Source: Podarcis tiliguerta
Lineage: Eukaryota
Direction: 5' to 3' (one strand)
DNA length: 64,000 bases
Assembly (NCBI GenBank): GCA_965153285.1
Contig: OZ229126.1
Shown: piece by piece, positions 1 through 12,624 of the stretch
Position numbering within the stretch: the stretch's first letter is position 1
How the letters are laid out: every line of letters starts with the position of its first letter
Translations under genes and position numbers: made by a program
Notes under the pieces: model-generated
The model's database searches: none
What the model was told of the DNA's origin: nothing
Seen by the model: the letters and a program-made list of their open reading frames with translations, nothing else

Positions 1-1990
1 CAAAAATTTGGGGGCCCTGGTGCATACAATACTGCCCCTTTCCATTTTTCTTTGCATAATTCTTTAAAGATTGTTTCTTGTTCAGACTAGAGAGAGGCCA
101 CTGATGCAGAAATGAAAGAGGAAACTCTGGAAGGTCACTAAAAAATGTATTTTTAGCCCACCGTGTTTTGAGTCAATAACTCTTCTCCAGGATTACTGGT
201 TGAACAAAGCAGCCTTCTGTACTGTCTCATTCTTTATTAAAACAAGGGATAATTTTAGTCACAGGGTCGCTCTTTCTTTCCCTCTTCAGCAATTTCAAAG
301 CCTCAAAAAAATAAAAATAAATCCAGACCGTGGGCAAAGGCATAATCTGCCTTTTAGTAAATCTGGTCCTGAGTGAAATCTGAATTAGGAACTTTCCAGT
401 TTACACTCCTAGGGCATTTTCACACATGCAGCTTAAAGACCTATAAAGTTGATAATATGAACTGGAAAACTGTGTTGAATGGAGCATTTGCATTACAAAT
501 GTTTTCCCTCTGTTTCCTCTTGTGCATCAATTAGCACAGGGGAGGCTCAGTGCCAATTTAAGCTTCATGTATCAATATGCTGTTAAACACTTAACTACAG
601 TGGTTCATGCGGTGAGTCTGGAGCTTTTCATTTCAGAAACTGCAGCAAACAGGGCTGGGAATCAGGTCCTCTCTTCGACCCTCATGGAATACTGCATGAT
701 GTGGCTTCCAGACAACCTGTTTTCTGTTCATTCCCCTTGACGTGTTTGCACATAGTTTGCAGGATAGTTAGACAATGTCAGCTATTTATTGAGCATTCAT
801 TCTGATTAGTTTGTGGGGAGGTTAAATGATGTTGTATCAAGCAAAAACCTCGGAATAATAACGTAAGGAGCCTATTTTTAACACATTCACCATTGAAATA
901 ATAAACTGGCAACATAGCCACTGTTATCAAATTATGAATTTAGTAAAACTTGCTGCTTGATTGGGCTGTTTGTTCACACACAAAAATGCACATAGAAGTA
1001 TAATCTTAATTCAGAAATCCAACCATTGCTGAATTTGCTGGGTTCACATAGCACAAATCACATATCCATGTTCTTTAAAGGATTATCAGATGGAAAACTG
1101 AGTGGATGTATTAAACCCTGAATGCCAGCAGTTTATAAGCTGCTTTTGCCAAATGTAATTAATACTGGAAGAGTTACAAAACAGAATCTCTCAGGAAAAT
1201 AAGGCAGCATAAATTTTATTACAGGACAGAACAGTTATTTATTTCAGCAAGGCAGAACAGTTACCCTCATGGCAAGCAAGAGAGGATGTAGGGTTCTGAG
1301 CATAAAGGAGCTGGCAGCCTGCCACAGTAACAGATAGACCATTTGCCTCAAGGTCATAACTACCCTGATGATCTGTCCTGCTGCATGAGCAAAGGAAGCT
1401 ATTTGAAAGAAGCAAAGACCTTTCCCCTGTAAAGGGAAAAGAAAGACTTGCACCCTACTTTAGAGACTCCTCTCCACTAGCACATTGCAGCCATTGTGCC
1501 AGCATCGTATCACAAATCATGTTATAGCAAAAACACAGGTAAAATCAGCAACAATATTCTTTCTGACTCAGTCCAGTCTACACTACAAATACAAACCAAT
1601 TTAAATCTGTTTGGAGTTTTTGGTTCTCTGCCTGCAAGTCCATTTTGGCCAAGCCACATCCATCTGCCCTACACCTGTCTTCATCTTGGGCATCTGGTTG
1701 GGGCAGGTAAAGGCATAGCTCCCTGACAGAAGCAGAATTTGTGGACAATGCTGATCAATTCATTGTTGGTGCTTGCAATGCCCTATGCCTCTGTAAGTAC
1801 CAACCCATCATGGATCATTGCAAAGGGAAATCAGGGTGCTCCAGGCATCAACAACCATATGAGGAAAGGAAAATGGGCTACCTGACATCATTCTGATGTC
1901 CATGATTGGCAGATGGGCAGCCCCACAAAAGGTGCAGGAGGTAAGGATCGGGCCTTCATAAGTCTCCACCAGCATGATGGAACGCATAGA

Positions 1991-2960
1991 CTTAGAGTGT
2001 TGGACTACAACTGGTGAGATGCTAGTTCAAATTCCTGTGCACTAGATTTCACTACTAACACCATGGGGCTTTCCCCTTCCTCCTTCAAACCCCAACCCCA
2101 ATTAAGCTCAGGGGTGGAGGTTGGGAAAATCCTTAGAACAGCATGTGTAGGGAGGAGATAAAAAGTCAGGGAAGCTTGCGTTGATGAAACATTTGTCTTA
2201 GCACAACCTTGAAATTGTGGGATGTAAAACACAGGAGCAGTCAATTACAACATTCCTAGAGTGTACATGTTTAAACATGGGGAGGGATGTCTGTCCAGCC
2301 AGCAGGTAAACTTCCTGGGACAGACTTCCTCCGCATGTGACCAGAGGTGGGTGTGGCCTCACCTGTGCAGGTAATGATAAAAGCACAGGGCAGGGCAGCC
2401 CTCTCTCTCTCATCTTCCTTCAAAGAAGCAACATCTGCTAAAGATGCTCTCTTGGCTCCCAGCCAAGAGAGGACAAAGGGACTATCTTCCTATAAGATAG
2501 ATTCTAAATGTATATTACCTTATTAAGCCTGTCTGCCTTCTGGGATCCGATTGTGAACAGAACGTGAGTAAACTCTTTTTATACTTTTATAAAAGACTGT
2601 GTCGTGTCTTGTATTTTAAGAGGGAACGAAGGGGAAATTACCAGAGTAATTATTATAGAGGTTCTAGCGAACCTGAGCACACGTTACCGTTGCGAACTTA
2701 AGTGAAAGGGGAATGTCTTACTCTGCTGATATTTTGGGAACTTGTTAGCACAAGTTGGATAAGGATATAATCAGTCAATATATCCTCTCCTGCATCCCTG
2801 AACATTCCCACAGAAATCCTCCCCAGCTGACCTTGAGTTAGTCATCAACCTATCATACCTCACAGGGTTGTTCTGGGGATAAAATGGAGGTGAGAGAGAA
2901 TTATGTGGGCTGCCCTGGGCTCCTCAGAGTAAGTGTGTAACATAAACATAATAAATAAAT
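1991..2960 (+). mobile_element. Old tRNA/CORE-type SINE split by an LTR (pieces ~1991-2035 and ~2805-2960)
   Basis: Head ttagagtgttggactac...gttcaaattcc. Tail tgaccttgagttagtca...cctcacagggttgttctggggataaaatggagg...ataaataaat. Confidence 0.6.
2036..2804 (+). mobile_element. Solo LTR (ERV or Gypsy-like)
   Basis: TG...CA termini flanked by a 4-bp TTCC duplication. TATA-like gataaaag at ~2376, AGTAAA polyA-like signal at ~2567 followed by a GT-rich tract. Interrupts a SINE B-box. Confidence 0.7.
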
Positions 2961-3231
2961 AGTGTGAGTGCTGAGAGGGCAGGAAATGAACACAGAAAAG
3001 CAGCTTAAACCCATGGATCAACAATTAGATTTGTTGGCTCAAACAATAATTGGGGTTCTAAATTATGGTTAGTGGAAATCATTATTTCTAGTGATGTCTG
3101 AGTTGAGCCATATGTAATAGGCATGACATCAGGGGGTAATAATGAAAAGTCAAAAGGTGTGTTTTCCATTTCCTCAGTGATTGATTCAATTTTCATTGGC
3201 TGTCTGAACATGTTGCATAACTTAAATAGCA

Positions 3232-3630
3232 AGGTAAAAAAAACCTTAGAGAACCCCTGGACGGTTAAGTCCAGTCAAAGGCAACTATGGGGTGTGGCGC
3301 TCATCTCGCTTAAGGCTGAGGGAGCTGGTATTTGTCCACAGATGACTTTCTGGGTCATGTGGCCAGTATGACTAAACCACTTCTGGTGCAACGGAACACC
3401 ATGACAGAAGCCAGAGTGCCCGGTAATGTCGTTTACCTTCCTGCTGAGCAGTACCTATTTATCTACCTGCACTGGCATGCTTTCGAACTACTAGGTTGGC
3501 AGAAGCTGAGACAGAGCAACGGGAATTCACCCAGTCATACGAATTTGAACCACCAACCTTCCAATCAGCAAGCCCAAGAGGCTCAGTGGTTTAGACCACC
3601 AGCGGTTTAGAGCACCACCAGCATCCCACC
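3232..3630 (-). mobile_element. Sauria SINE (Squam1)
   Basis: AAGGTA-type tail at left, conserved body gggtcatgtggccagtatgactaaacc, tRNA-like head at right. TSD aactta(a/t)atagca. Confidence 0.9.
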
Positions 3631-5382
3631 CAACTTATATAGCATACGGATGTCAACCAAGTTGCTGCAGCATAAGTATCTGCTGCCTCTCAACAGTTCC
3701 TGCAGAGCTGCAAGCAAAATGCCAGTGTTATATATATAAACAATTAATTTCATCATCTCAGCCTGAAAACTGGTGAAGAAGAGTGGGGAAGTAACACATT
3801 GCTGTGCAAGTTCCTCATATAAGTGATTTCAGTATGTATTTATATACCAATTAATATTTTTTTGTTTACAGAATCCCAAATTGTTTACTCCATTATTTTG
3901 ACAAAGTCAGCATTAGTGCAACAGTTTTAAATCTCACTGTGTCATTTGTTTTATTGGAAAGAAGGGTGTGCGCATACGCGTATTTTCCACACTCCTATTT
4001 CAGTTACATTTACTGTACAGATGTAAACCAGTTTAAAACCAGTTCAGCTGTCATAAGCTTATCAGTAAGAGGTTAAACAATGTTAAGAAAACCTCTTGTC
4101 CTTTCATGGAAATACAATGCCCAGAGTTTCCTGGATGAGAGCCATGAAAGTTAAACTTTGGATGCAAAGTTAGGATTGTCTCAGAATCTTAGGAAAAATA
4201 AAGTTATGCAGCTTGTCCTATGTCTGTTCCCTTAGAAGCCTAAGGCTAATTTTAAAGGAAGTGTGCATAGGATTGCAACATAAGTAGCGCTGAATGCCAC
4301 CGGCCATTTGTTTGCTACTTATAGCAATTAGTTCAGAACTACTGGTTTTGGTCAATTGTTATTCTTTGCTCTTTTTTCAGTCGTTGTTGCAAGCACGGAT
4401 TTTGCTGCATTGGTGCAACACTGCAATGTGTGATGTTGCAGTAGTAAGGTGGCTATCCTATCCCCTTCCTTCCCCAAACACAAAACATAGGTTCAGACTC
4501 TTAGGCACACATCACACAACTATGGAATAATACTAGGATTTCCACTAATTCTTTTTAATAGTTTTAATCCCTTTGGAGCCTTCTTAAGACGACAAGTACC
4601 AACGACAGGATAGGAGTTGACAACACACCCATGGAAGAAAATTACACTTAACTAAATCAATTAAAGTGTCTGAGGAAAGATGCACACAAGAAAGGGCCAG
4701 CAAAGGGCAACACTGTGTATAGTTGGTGTGTGTTTATAAGGAAACAAACCCTAGAAACTGAATAAAACAGTCTTATCAGACTTATTAGTGAATACATACA
4801 ACTGACCTCAGTCCATACCTCTCAGGAAAGATTCGTAGGTTCTGACTGTAAGAACCAGAATGAGCAAGCCAATTTAAATGGAACATGGGACATTCGTGAT
4901 CAGATCTCTGAATGCCTTCTTTAAATAACAATTTAAGAAGCATCCATAGGGGCATGGGGTGAACTGGATCAGGGCTGCAATGTTGTGGGGGAGTGATTTA
5001 ACCCTTTCCCTCATGTCATTTCCAGTGGCAGACTTTGGGCTTTCAAATTTCAGTGGCACCTTTACAGCGCCAAAATTTGGTGCCCCCCACCTCTCGCCTT
5101 CCATTCTAACTCATTGTTGCGGTGCCCCCCTGAGCCACCCTCTCGGCTTGGCATCCAGTGAAGGCAAACCGGTTGCGCTCCCCCAAATCCACCTGTGCCA
5201 TTTCTTCATCTAATATTCCTTTCTCAAAAGTTGCTATTGGTCTCCTGGCAAAGCATACCTCAGGTTTTCCCCAGCAGAGAAAATACATTTGTGGGGAGGG
5301 GGGATGATGTAGATAAGGAAAATGGTAAAGTGGGAGAAGGTTAAACTCCCTCTTCCTTAACTTCATGGTCCCAATCTCATTC

Positions 5383-5506
5383 TGAAGGCAGCCCTGTTTA
5401 GGGAAGCTTTTGATGTCTGATGCATTGCTGTATTTTGATATTTTGTTGGAAGCTGCCCAGAGTGGCTGGGGAAGCCCAGCCAGATGGGCGGGGTATAAAT
5501 ATATTA

Positions 5507-5553
<47 letters not shown>
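5383..5553 (+). mobile_element. L2-like LINE 3' end with (ATT)n tail
   Basis: gaagctgcccagagtggctggggaagcccagccagatgggcggggtataaat followed by (att)n. The same 3' end occurs inverted at ~13050-13190. Confidence 0.7.
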
Positions 5554-5554
<1 letters not shown>

Positions 5555-6499
5555 CTTTCCCCCTCCCCAATCCTTTGTGATTAGCTTTTATAGGACCAAA
5601 ATATGCATGAAGAGGAATTGTGTGTATTTTTAAACACCTTTGCACTATCTGCATTTAAAGTGAGGGTGTTTTACACCAAGTAGAGCTGCATATAAAACCC
5701 ATCCCATCCCCATGCTTACTTTGTGGCACTCTATCACTTTCCACCATTTTCTCCCAGATCATGGACAATAGGACTTGTAGTCCAACATCTGGAGAGCCAC
5801 AACGAGAAATTAGTTGCCCCTCAGTTAAGCCCATTCTTCTCCCCCAGGATCCCTGCCTGCTGTGCGGGACAGGTCTCTAGCTTTGCCCCAAGGACTGGAG
5901 TAAAGCATAGAAACAGCAGTTTCATCCTCATTAAGTAGTACAGACCCTATCTTTAGGCATGGAACTGCCATTCCTGCCAAGAAGATAACAACAAAGTTAA
6001 GTAGCAAATTCAATTAAGATTTTTTTTAAAAAAACAACAACACAGAAACAATTGTGGACTCTTGTGTAAGCAGATTATAGAAAGCAGCAGAGACTTTGGA
6101 AATTTAAATGTAAGTCAGTAGTAAGACAGGGAAAGAATGAATTTAATGGCAAATCACTGGAAATATCATGGGTGGCAACAACAAAAGGTATTTAAAATGC
6201 ACCAGAAGCAGAAAGCTAATCGGGGATGGTTATGTGAGAGAAGTGTAAAAAAAAAATGCTAACAGAAAATTATGAAAATGCAGAAACAGTTTTGTGTGTT
6301 TTTTTTAAAAAAAAATGAGCATGGTCCAGCCAAAGTTAAGCCATAGCTGTTTAACTGAGTGAACGCTTTACATGTGGGAGGTATCAGGTGGAATCTCCAG
6401 TATCTGTATAGTCAGAAGCCTGGGAAAGAGAAGTGTGCGTATCTCTGCTCTCAGCCTCAAAAAAGGAACGCCTGGCAAAATAGTGGCCCTGGTAATATA

Positions 6500-6746
6500 C
6501 CGTATTTTTTGCTCTATAAGACTCACTTTTCCCCTCCTAAAAAGTAAGGGGAAATGTGTGTGCGTCTTATGGAGCAAATGCAGGCTGCGCAGCTATCCCA
6601 GAAGCCAGAACAGCAAGAGGGATTGCTGCTTTCACTGCGCAGTGATCCCTCTTGCTGTTCTGGCTTCTGAGATTCAGAATATTTTTTTTCATATTTTCCT
6701 CCTCCAAAAACTAGGTGCGTCTTATGGTCTGGTGCGAAAAATACGG
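6500..6746. mobile_element. Tc1/mariner-pogo MITE (CCGTA termini)
   Basis: TA|CCGTATTTTT ... AAAAATACGG|TA terminal inverted repeats with TA TSD. Confidence 0.85.
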
Positions 6747-6763
6747 TACTTTGGAGATAGGCG

Positions 6764-6827
<64 letters not shown>
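6764..6827. repeat. (CA)n(GA)n compound microsatellite
   Basis: Read directly from the sequence. Confidence 0.95.
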
Positions 6828-6830
<3 letters not shown>

Positions 6831-7145
6831 GGCTTGAGGTCAGGATTTTTGAAGGACTACTTCCTCCCATATAAACCAGCCAGCCCACTACAATCATCAT
6901 CAGAAGACTTGTTCCAGGTGCCACAACCAGTGGATGTAAGTCGACTGGGACGGGGCACAGTCCGAAACAACTCAGTTGTGGTGAATTCTGGAATTCCCAC
7001 CAGGCCTTTGACCTGTTTAAAAGTCTTCCTATCTTTTGTCTGTCTGTTTTAATGTTCTAACTTTTTAGTTTTTGTATTGTATGTCCCTAACGTTGGAAGC
7101 CACCATGAAGGCCCTTTTCAGAACCAAATAAATACGTTTATAAAC
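6828..7145 (+). mobile_element. Degenerate L2 ORF2 C-terminal / 3' remnant
   Basis: Translation NGLRSGFLKDYFLPYKPASPLQSSSEDLFQVP resembles the L2 ORF2 tail (P-YL---L--Y-P-R-LRS pattern). Confidence 0.55.
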
Positions 7146-10100
7146 TAACTAAAGACACTGGCAGCGAGGTTATTTTTTTCCTGGCATAAGCAAACAGTCA
7201 ACTCAGATGTTTATACTGCTCTTTCCCCACCTTTTGGTGGTGCAGGCCAAGAGCAAACACAAATGAGTAGAAAATGTCCCAAAGTCATGTGCTTGATTTA
7301 AATAATAAGCTGCCTGGATATGGGGGCGAGGATGTGACACATGTAAAATACAGGCAAGTCCCAGCTAGTAATATCCATAACATATTGGCCAGCCTATAGT
7401 ATGTGTGGCTTGTCTCATTAAGAGACATGTCTGGTATGTGTAATAGCTGAATAAGAGCTATGTAGTGTTGGCTATATAGCAAGTCACATCTGCTATGCAA
7501 AATTATTGTTCCGCTGTCCATGAATAAAAAGAACTACTGAAGCTCTCCTGACTCCTGCTGCTTCTTGCTACTAGAGAAGACCCATTGCAACGTTGCGTAC
7601 CCTTCCCAAAAACACCGGATGCTACCCAGCCCTTAACAGCTGCTGAATATGAAGATGGATTATTTTAGGGACTAGTTACAGAAGCAACAAGAAGCAAATA
7701 AGAAGAAGCAAAGGTTCAACAGGAAACAAACAAGTTTCACAACAGAGAGAGCTAAAAAAGTAGTTATGACTTCTGCCTTGCAAGCCCTTCTCGGGATTGT
7801 TATCATTCAGGGATTTTTTTCTACATTCTAATAAAGGCCAGTTCACACTAGAGACTGAGCTGAGGTCACTCAAAATAGTCTCATTTCCACTTAGGATGAA
7901 TAATGTCTCTGCTTCCTTGGGGATTTCGCTGGTTTTTCTTTTATTTATTTGCCAGTTTCAATTCCCTTGGAACTTTATGTCTTTTAAGACTGGAAGCTAC
8001 CTTTCCCAAAACAGTCGCATAAACATTTTTTCCTGCACATCAGTTAACTATTACTATTATTTTTAACCAAAAGTTAACCGGTGAAGTTCACAGGGCCACG
8101 TCATATCAGGTTTTTTTCCAGTTGCACTGTATCCCAATATGCAAGACTTTTCACAATGAACAGGGGGTTCCCATGCTGTAAATATTAAATATTTAGTCTG
8201 CCACTTTCTGTATTTTATATATTATTAAATATACAGCATGTCACTTCCTATATTTGCTTGTTTGTTTATGCTTTCGGTATTTTTTAATAGAAAAGCAGTA
8301 TTCAGATTTTAAATATATATATGATGTTCATGTCCAAAAAATGACACCACTCCTCTGGTTTGATTGCTTCCCTTTCCTATTTATTAAAGAGAGGGAGAAG
8401 AAAGAGTAAAAGAGCACAGCCAGGAATAATTCTACACCTACCCTGCAGCAGAATTTTTAATGGGTTCTAAATGCATAATTGGTCATGTCGTAAGCTTCCT
8501 TTTTAAATGAGAATGTCAGCAGGCTGCGGCAAAATGTAATGTTCTGGGCTGCTCCACTCAAGCCTGGCAGCAGGTGTCACAATTCACCTCCTTATACTTG
8601 GCCCATTGAAAGCAGATTTTATCCAATTGACCTTCACTAAGAGGTCAACTGACCCATAATTACAAAACTGAAGTTGCTTGGCTGGAACTGTTTTACGGGC
8701 CTGCACCTGCAAATTTGCACCAGCCGCAGAACACGCTGATCTCTTTCTCCTTTAATGTAACGCCTGCTAGCACTGCATAGCTGAGCAGTAGACATATGAT
8801 TAGATTTATTTTACAAGTCAAACTAAATCTATTGTCAGGTTTGGAATTTACTTATACGGACAGAACAGGGCGCACATAAATCTTACCTTTTTCTTGCTTT
8901 TCATCCCTTCACCCCTTAATACCACTACTGTAATTTGTTGCTTTGGTATAACAAATTAAAAATAAAAAGTCATTATTGGTCCAAAGAGGAATTGTATACA
9001 GTTGAGTCTCAAAGAAACAGAAATAGGTGTGGAAATGAACATAAAATATTTTTTCCTCAAAGTAATATTCACGTCTCACATAAAACAGAAAAATCCTATA
9101 AGCACAATAATTTCTGACATAATTCTTGAACTTTTAATAGGTGCACAGAAAATATATATTTTGGAACTAATGATAAAATAATGTGGGAAATTATAGCTGC
9201 TAAAATTCTACATAAAATCACGAGCGCTTTCTTGTATCTGAATCTGCTAATCCTAGTAAATTGGTCAGCCCATTGTTTAATCGAGTAGGTCTGTGGTTCA
9301 CAGAGTTTGACCTCTTACTGTTGCTCAAGCCAAGCCTTGTTATGCTTCCCTAACTTTTCTCCAACTCAGGCCACTGAGACAGCAGCAACCTTTTTTCTCC
9401 AGTTTCAACCTACTGATTTTCATTCATATGTTTGTAGCCTCAAGACTAGAATATGATTAATACATTCTTCTAGGGGTTGTCCTTCAGGAATACTTCAGAA
9501 CTATAGCTAATGCAGAATGTGGTTCTTCCTGATTGGTGGTGAGTCATCAGGAGCTCATTATAATGTGTTCCAGGGTTCACATAAGAATATGGCAATTACT
9601 TTTCTGTATGAGAGCAGGATTGTGTCCGCACTAGCCCTTTGTTCTTGAATTGCCATCCTCTGTTCACACATTGGGAATTCACCAAACATTGTTTTCAAAT
9701 AATTGCATCTTAGTGTTTTCTATGTTTTTATGATTTGTGACTCTTTTCATTCTCTTCAGCTAATGAACAAAATTGCAACACCAGACTCTCCAGTGTGGAT
9801 AGGCAAATTTGCTATTGAGGCTTTTCAGGTAAATTCTCATTTAAAGTGAAAGCTTCCTGTTTGCAGAATCAGTCCACTTTACTGCTTCCCAGTCAACGTG
9901 GCTGAGGGAATTAATGGACAATTTAGTCTTTTCATAAGTCTAAGAAATATTTCAAAGTACAGTGATTTAAATAATAATTTTGAATATATCCTAGACCAAG
10001 CCATTGAGAGCCAAGTTTAGAGATGGCTCTAAAGAGGTGTAAAAACTAGAAAGAAAAGCCCTACGAAAGTCTGTTCAGTCTGTCATCCAGGATTTCCCCA

Positions 10101-10206
10101 TCATACTGTATACTCCACTTTCTATTTTCGTCTGTAATCTGCTTAGGGGCAGGGATCGACATTTGTCCATTCAGCCACCCTGACACTACCATATAAAAAT
10201 AGGTAA

Positions 10207-10593
10207 AAAGGTAAAGGTAAAGGACCCCTGGACAGTTAAGCCCAGTCAAAGGCGACTATGGGGTTGTGGTGCTCATCCTGCCTTCAGGTCGAGGGAGCCA
10301 TCATTTGTCCACAGACAGCTTTCTGGGTCACGTGGCCAGTATGACTAAACCACTTCTGGCGCAACGGAACACCGTGACAGAAACCACAGCAGCGCACGGA
10401 AACACTGTTTACCTTCCCACCACAGCAGTACCTATTTATCTATTTGCACTGGCATGCTTTCAAAGTGCTAGGTTAGCAGGAGCTGGGACAGAGTAATGGG
10501 AGCTCACCCCGTCACACAGATTCGAACTGTCAACCTTCTGATCAGCAAGCCCCAGAGGCTCAGTGGTTTAGACCACAGTGCCACCTGCTTCCC
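10207..10593 (-). mobile_element. Sauria SINE (Squam1)
   Basis: (AAAGGT)n tail and full body. Flanking duplication catataaaaa...ata(g/a)gtaa. Confidence 0.92.
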
Positions 10594-12624
10594 TCTCATA
10601 TAAAAAAATAAGTAACATGTCAACAGTATATAATATAAGGCAGAACCATAACTAACTTACTAGAATAAGTTTGCATCCTAATAAAGTGGCACCCCCATCC
10701 ACTCATTTTATCCTCTTATTAGTTTGGGGGTTGATGTGGAGAAAGTAAGCCAACAGAAGTACTTTGACATCATAACCAACAGAATGGATAAGAGTTTTCC
10801 ATCATATGAAAGAGGTAAGAAAATACCCCCGCTTTCTCTCCCACCTTTAAGCTTCCGTGGGGTTTTTTCAGTCATTTTCAGATAATTTACATATTGTAGA
10901 GTTAAGCAACTAAATGCCAAGTACATGAGGAGTTTAACTAATTTAATGTATCCACATGGTGTGATTTGGATTGCTTACTGCAGGAAATGAACATATAAAT
11001 ATTTCTGAATGTTTAAGGAAGGAAAGTGTTTAATGCTCTATTTTAAGTTGCCACTTTCTACGCCTGTGTAAAAAAAAAAGCAGAACACATGTAATAAAAT
11101 TAGTGTGTGTGTGTGTGTGTGTACATTTTAATATTTCCAGTAAAGAAACCCTCACTCACTACTATTTGCCTATAAGGCATAAACTAAGATGTTTTTTTCT
11201 TTCCGTTCCTCTTTTATTTGGGGAGCGGATGGGTATTAGATGGAAGGCATTAGCATTTAGCTGAGCATCCTATGCATGTTTCTGTATGTGTGGGGGGGGG
11301 AGGGGTTCTGCCTGGGGGAGGGGAAAGAAGGCTTCAATAGGTGGCCCTGAGAGGCCTAGCAGAAACCAACACTCCCAAAGATCAAAGTCACAGCCACAGA
11401 ACAGAGCGGCAGCAGTGCTGCTTGCCACCCGGTCACTCTTTCAATGCGGGCAGCTATTCATCGGCAGATCATGCCTGTCATTGCTGTTTGCACCCTCCAC
11501 CATCAGCACCACTGCCATTCCTTCCCAGAGAAGGAGGGGGGTAGAATTCATTATCCATTAATGAGCTCTTCACAGAACCTTATCCCCGTGGCAAACACGG
11601 TTCCATTCATAAAACCTCTCAGAGGCTAGCCAAAAGGGGACACAAAAGCAGCCATTTCACAGCCAGATAGCACACCATCTTGTTCTGGTTTGCCCCCAAA
11701 TATACACACACAGCAGTTGTGAATGGAAGGGTAACAAACAGAAAAGAAGTGAAGGAGAGAAAGGCAACAGTGATGGAGTTATATCTGACAAACATACACA
11801 CACACACATGCACTCAGCAGAGCTAGCTTCCCAGAGCTGTCAAATAAACTGAAACTATTGTCACCCCAAAGAACTGGATTTATTGATGTAGGGCCAGAAA
11901 TAGGGCATCAGATTAATTAAACAGTGTTTGTAAGATTGTTTAGAGCTTATTAAGGATGAGAAAAAGCTGGTGGGGGTTAGCAGGAGAATCAAGCATTTGT
12001 TACTACTTATTTGGGGCTTTGTGGTTGGATATTCGTTCCATAGAGTGTTACAATAAAAAATATAAATATATGTTACAATAAAATACATAACATTAGCACC
12101 AGCCACATCCAATTAGCTAGTGTCGTGTAATTAAGGCTGCAATCCTATGCTCACCTACCTGGGAGTAAGCCCCATGAGTTGTGAGCCAGGAATTGCCTGA
12201 TTTGACTCTCACCTCTTATATTGTCAAACTTGCCTTTGAGCAACTGCCCTCAGCCTCAGTCACTGCCTGCAATCTTTGATATGGGAATAATAATGTTGCC
12301 CTACTATGCAATGATATTGTTTCTGGGATAATACATATAAAATACTTTGAGCACTTTTGAAAAGATTAAAAACAAGAAGAAGAAACCACAGCTAGAACTC
12401 TAAATTTTAAAATGCAGGCAGCTGAGTGAACGTGAACGTCAACACACTAATGTTTAAAACTTTTTAAACCAGTGGTTAATTCTAATGCAGGCTCCACTGC
12501 ATGTAGACATGACCACCTAATGTCCAATAAGCATGGAAGCAACACACAGAGTCTCATTTCAGAAGGAAATCCTTCAAAGAACACCTAACCATTGAAGTAC
12601 TGGTTCTCACTGTGGTACCCATTT

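Noticed and set aside
388-397. NF-kB-like GGAACTTTCC
   Set aside because: A single isolated 10-mer with one mismatch to the canonical site and no neighbouring composite motifs.
5106-5654. 182-aa ORF with poly-Asn
   Set aside because: Poly-N comes from the (ATT)n tail of an L2 fragment; no domain.
6372-7052. 226-aa ORF with (ER)n
   Set aside because: Reads through a MITE, a (CA)(GA) microsatellite and an L2 remnant.
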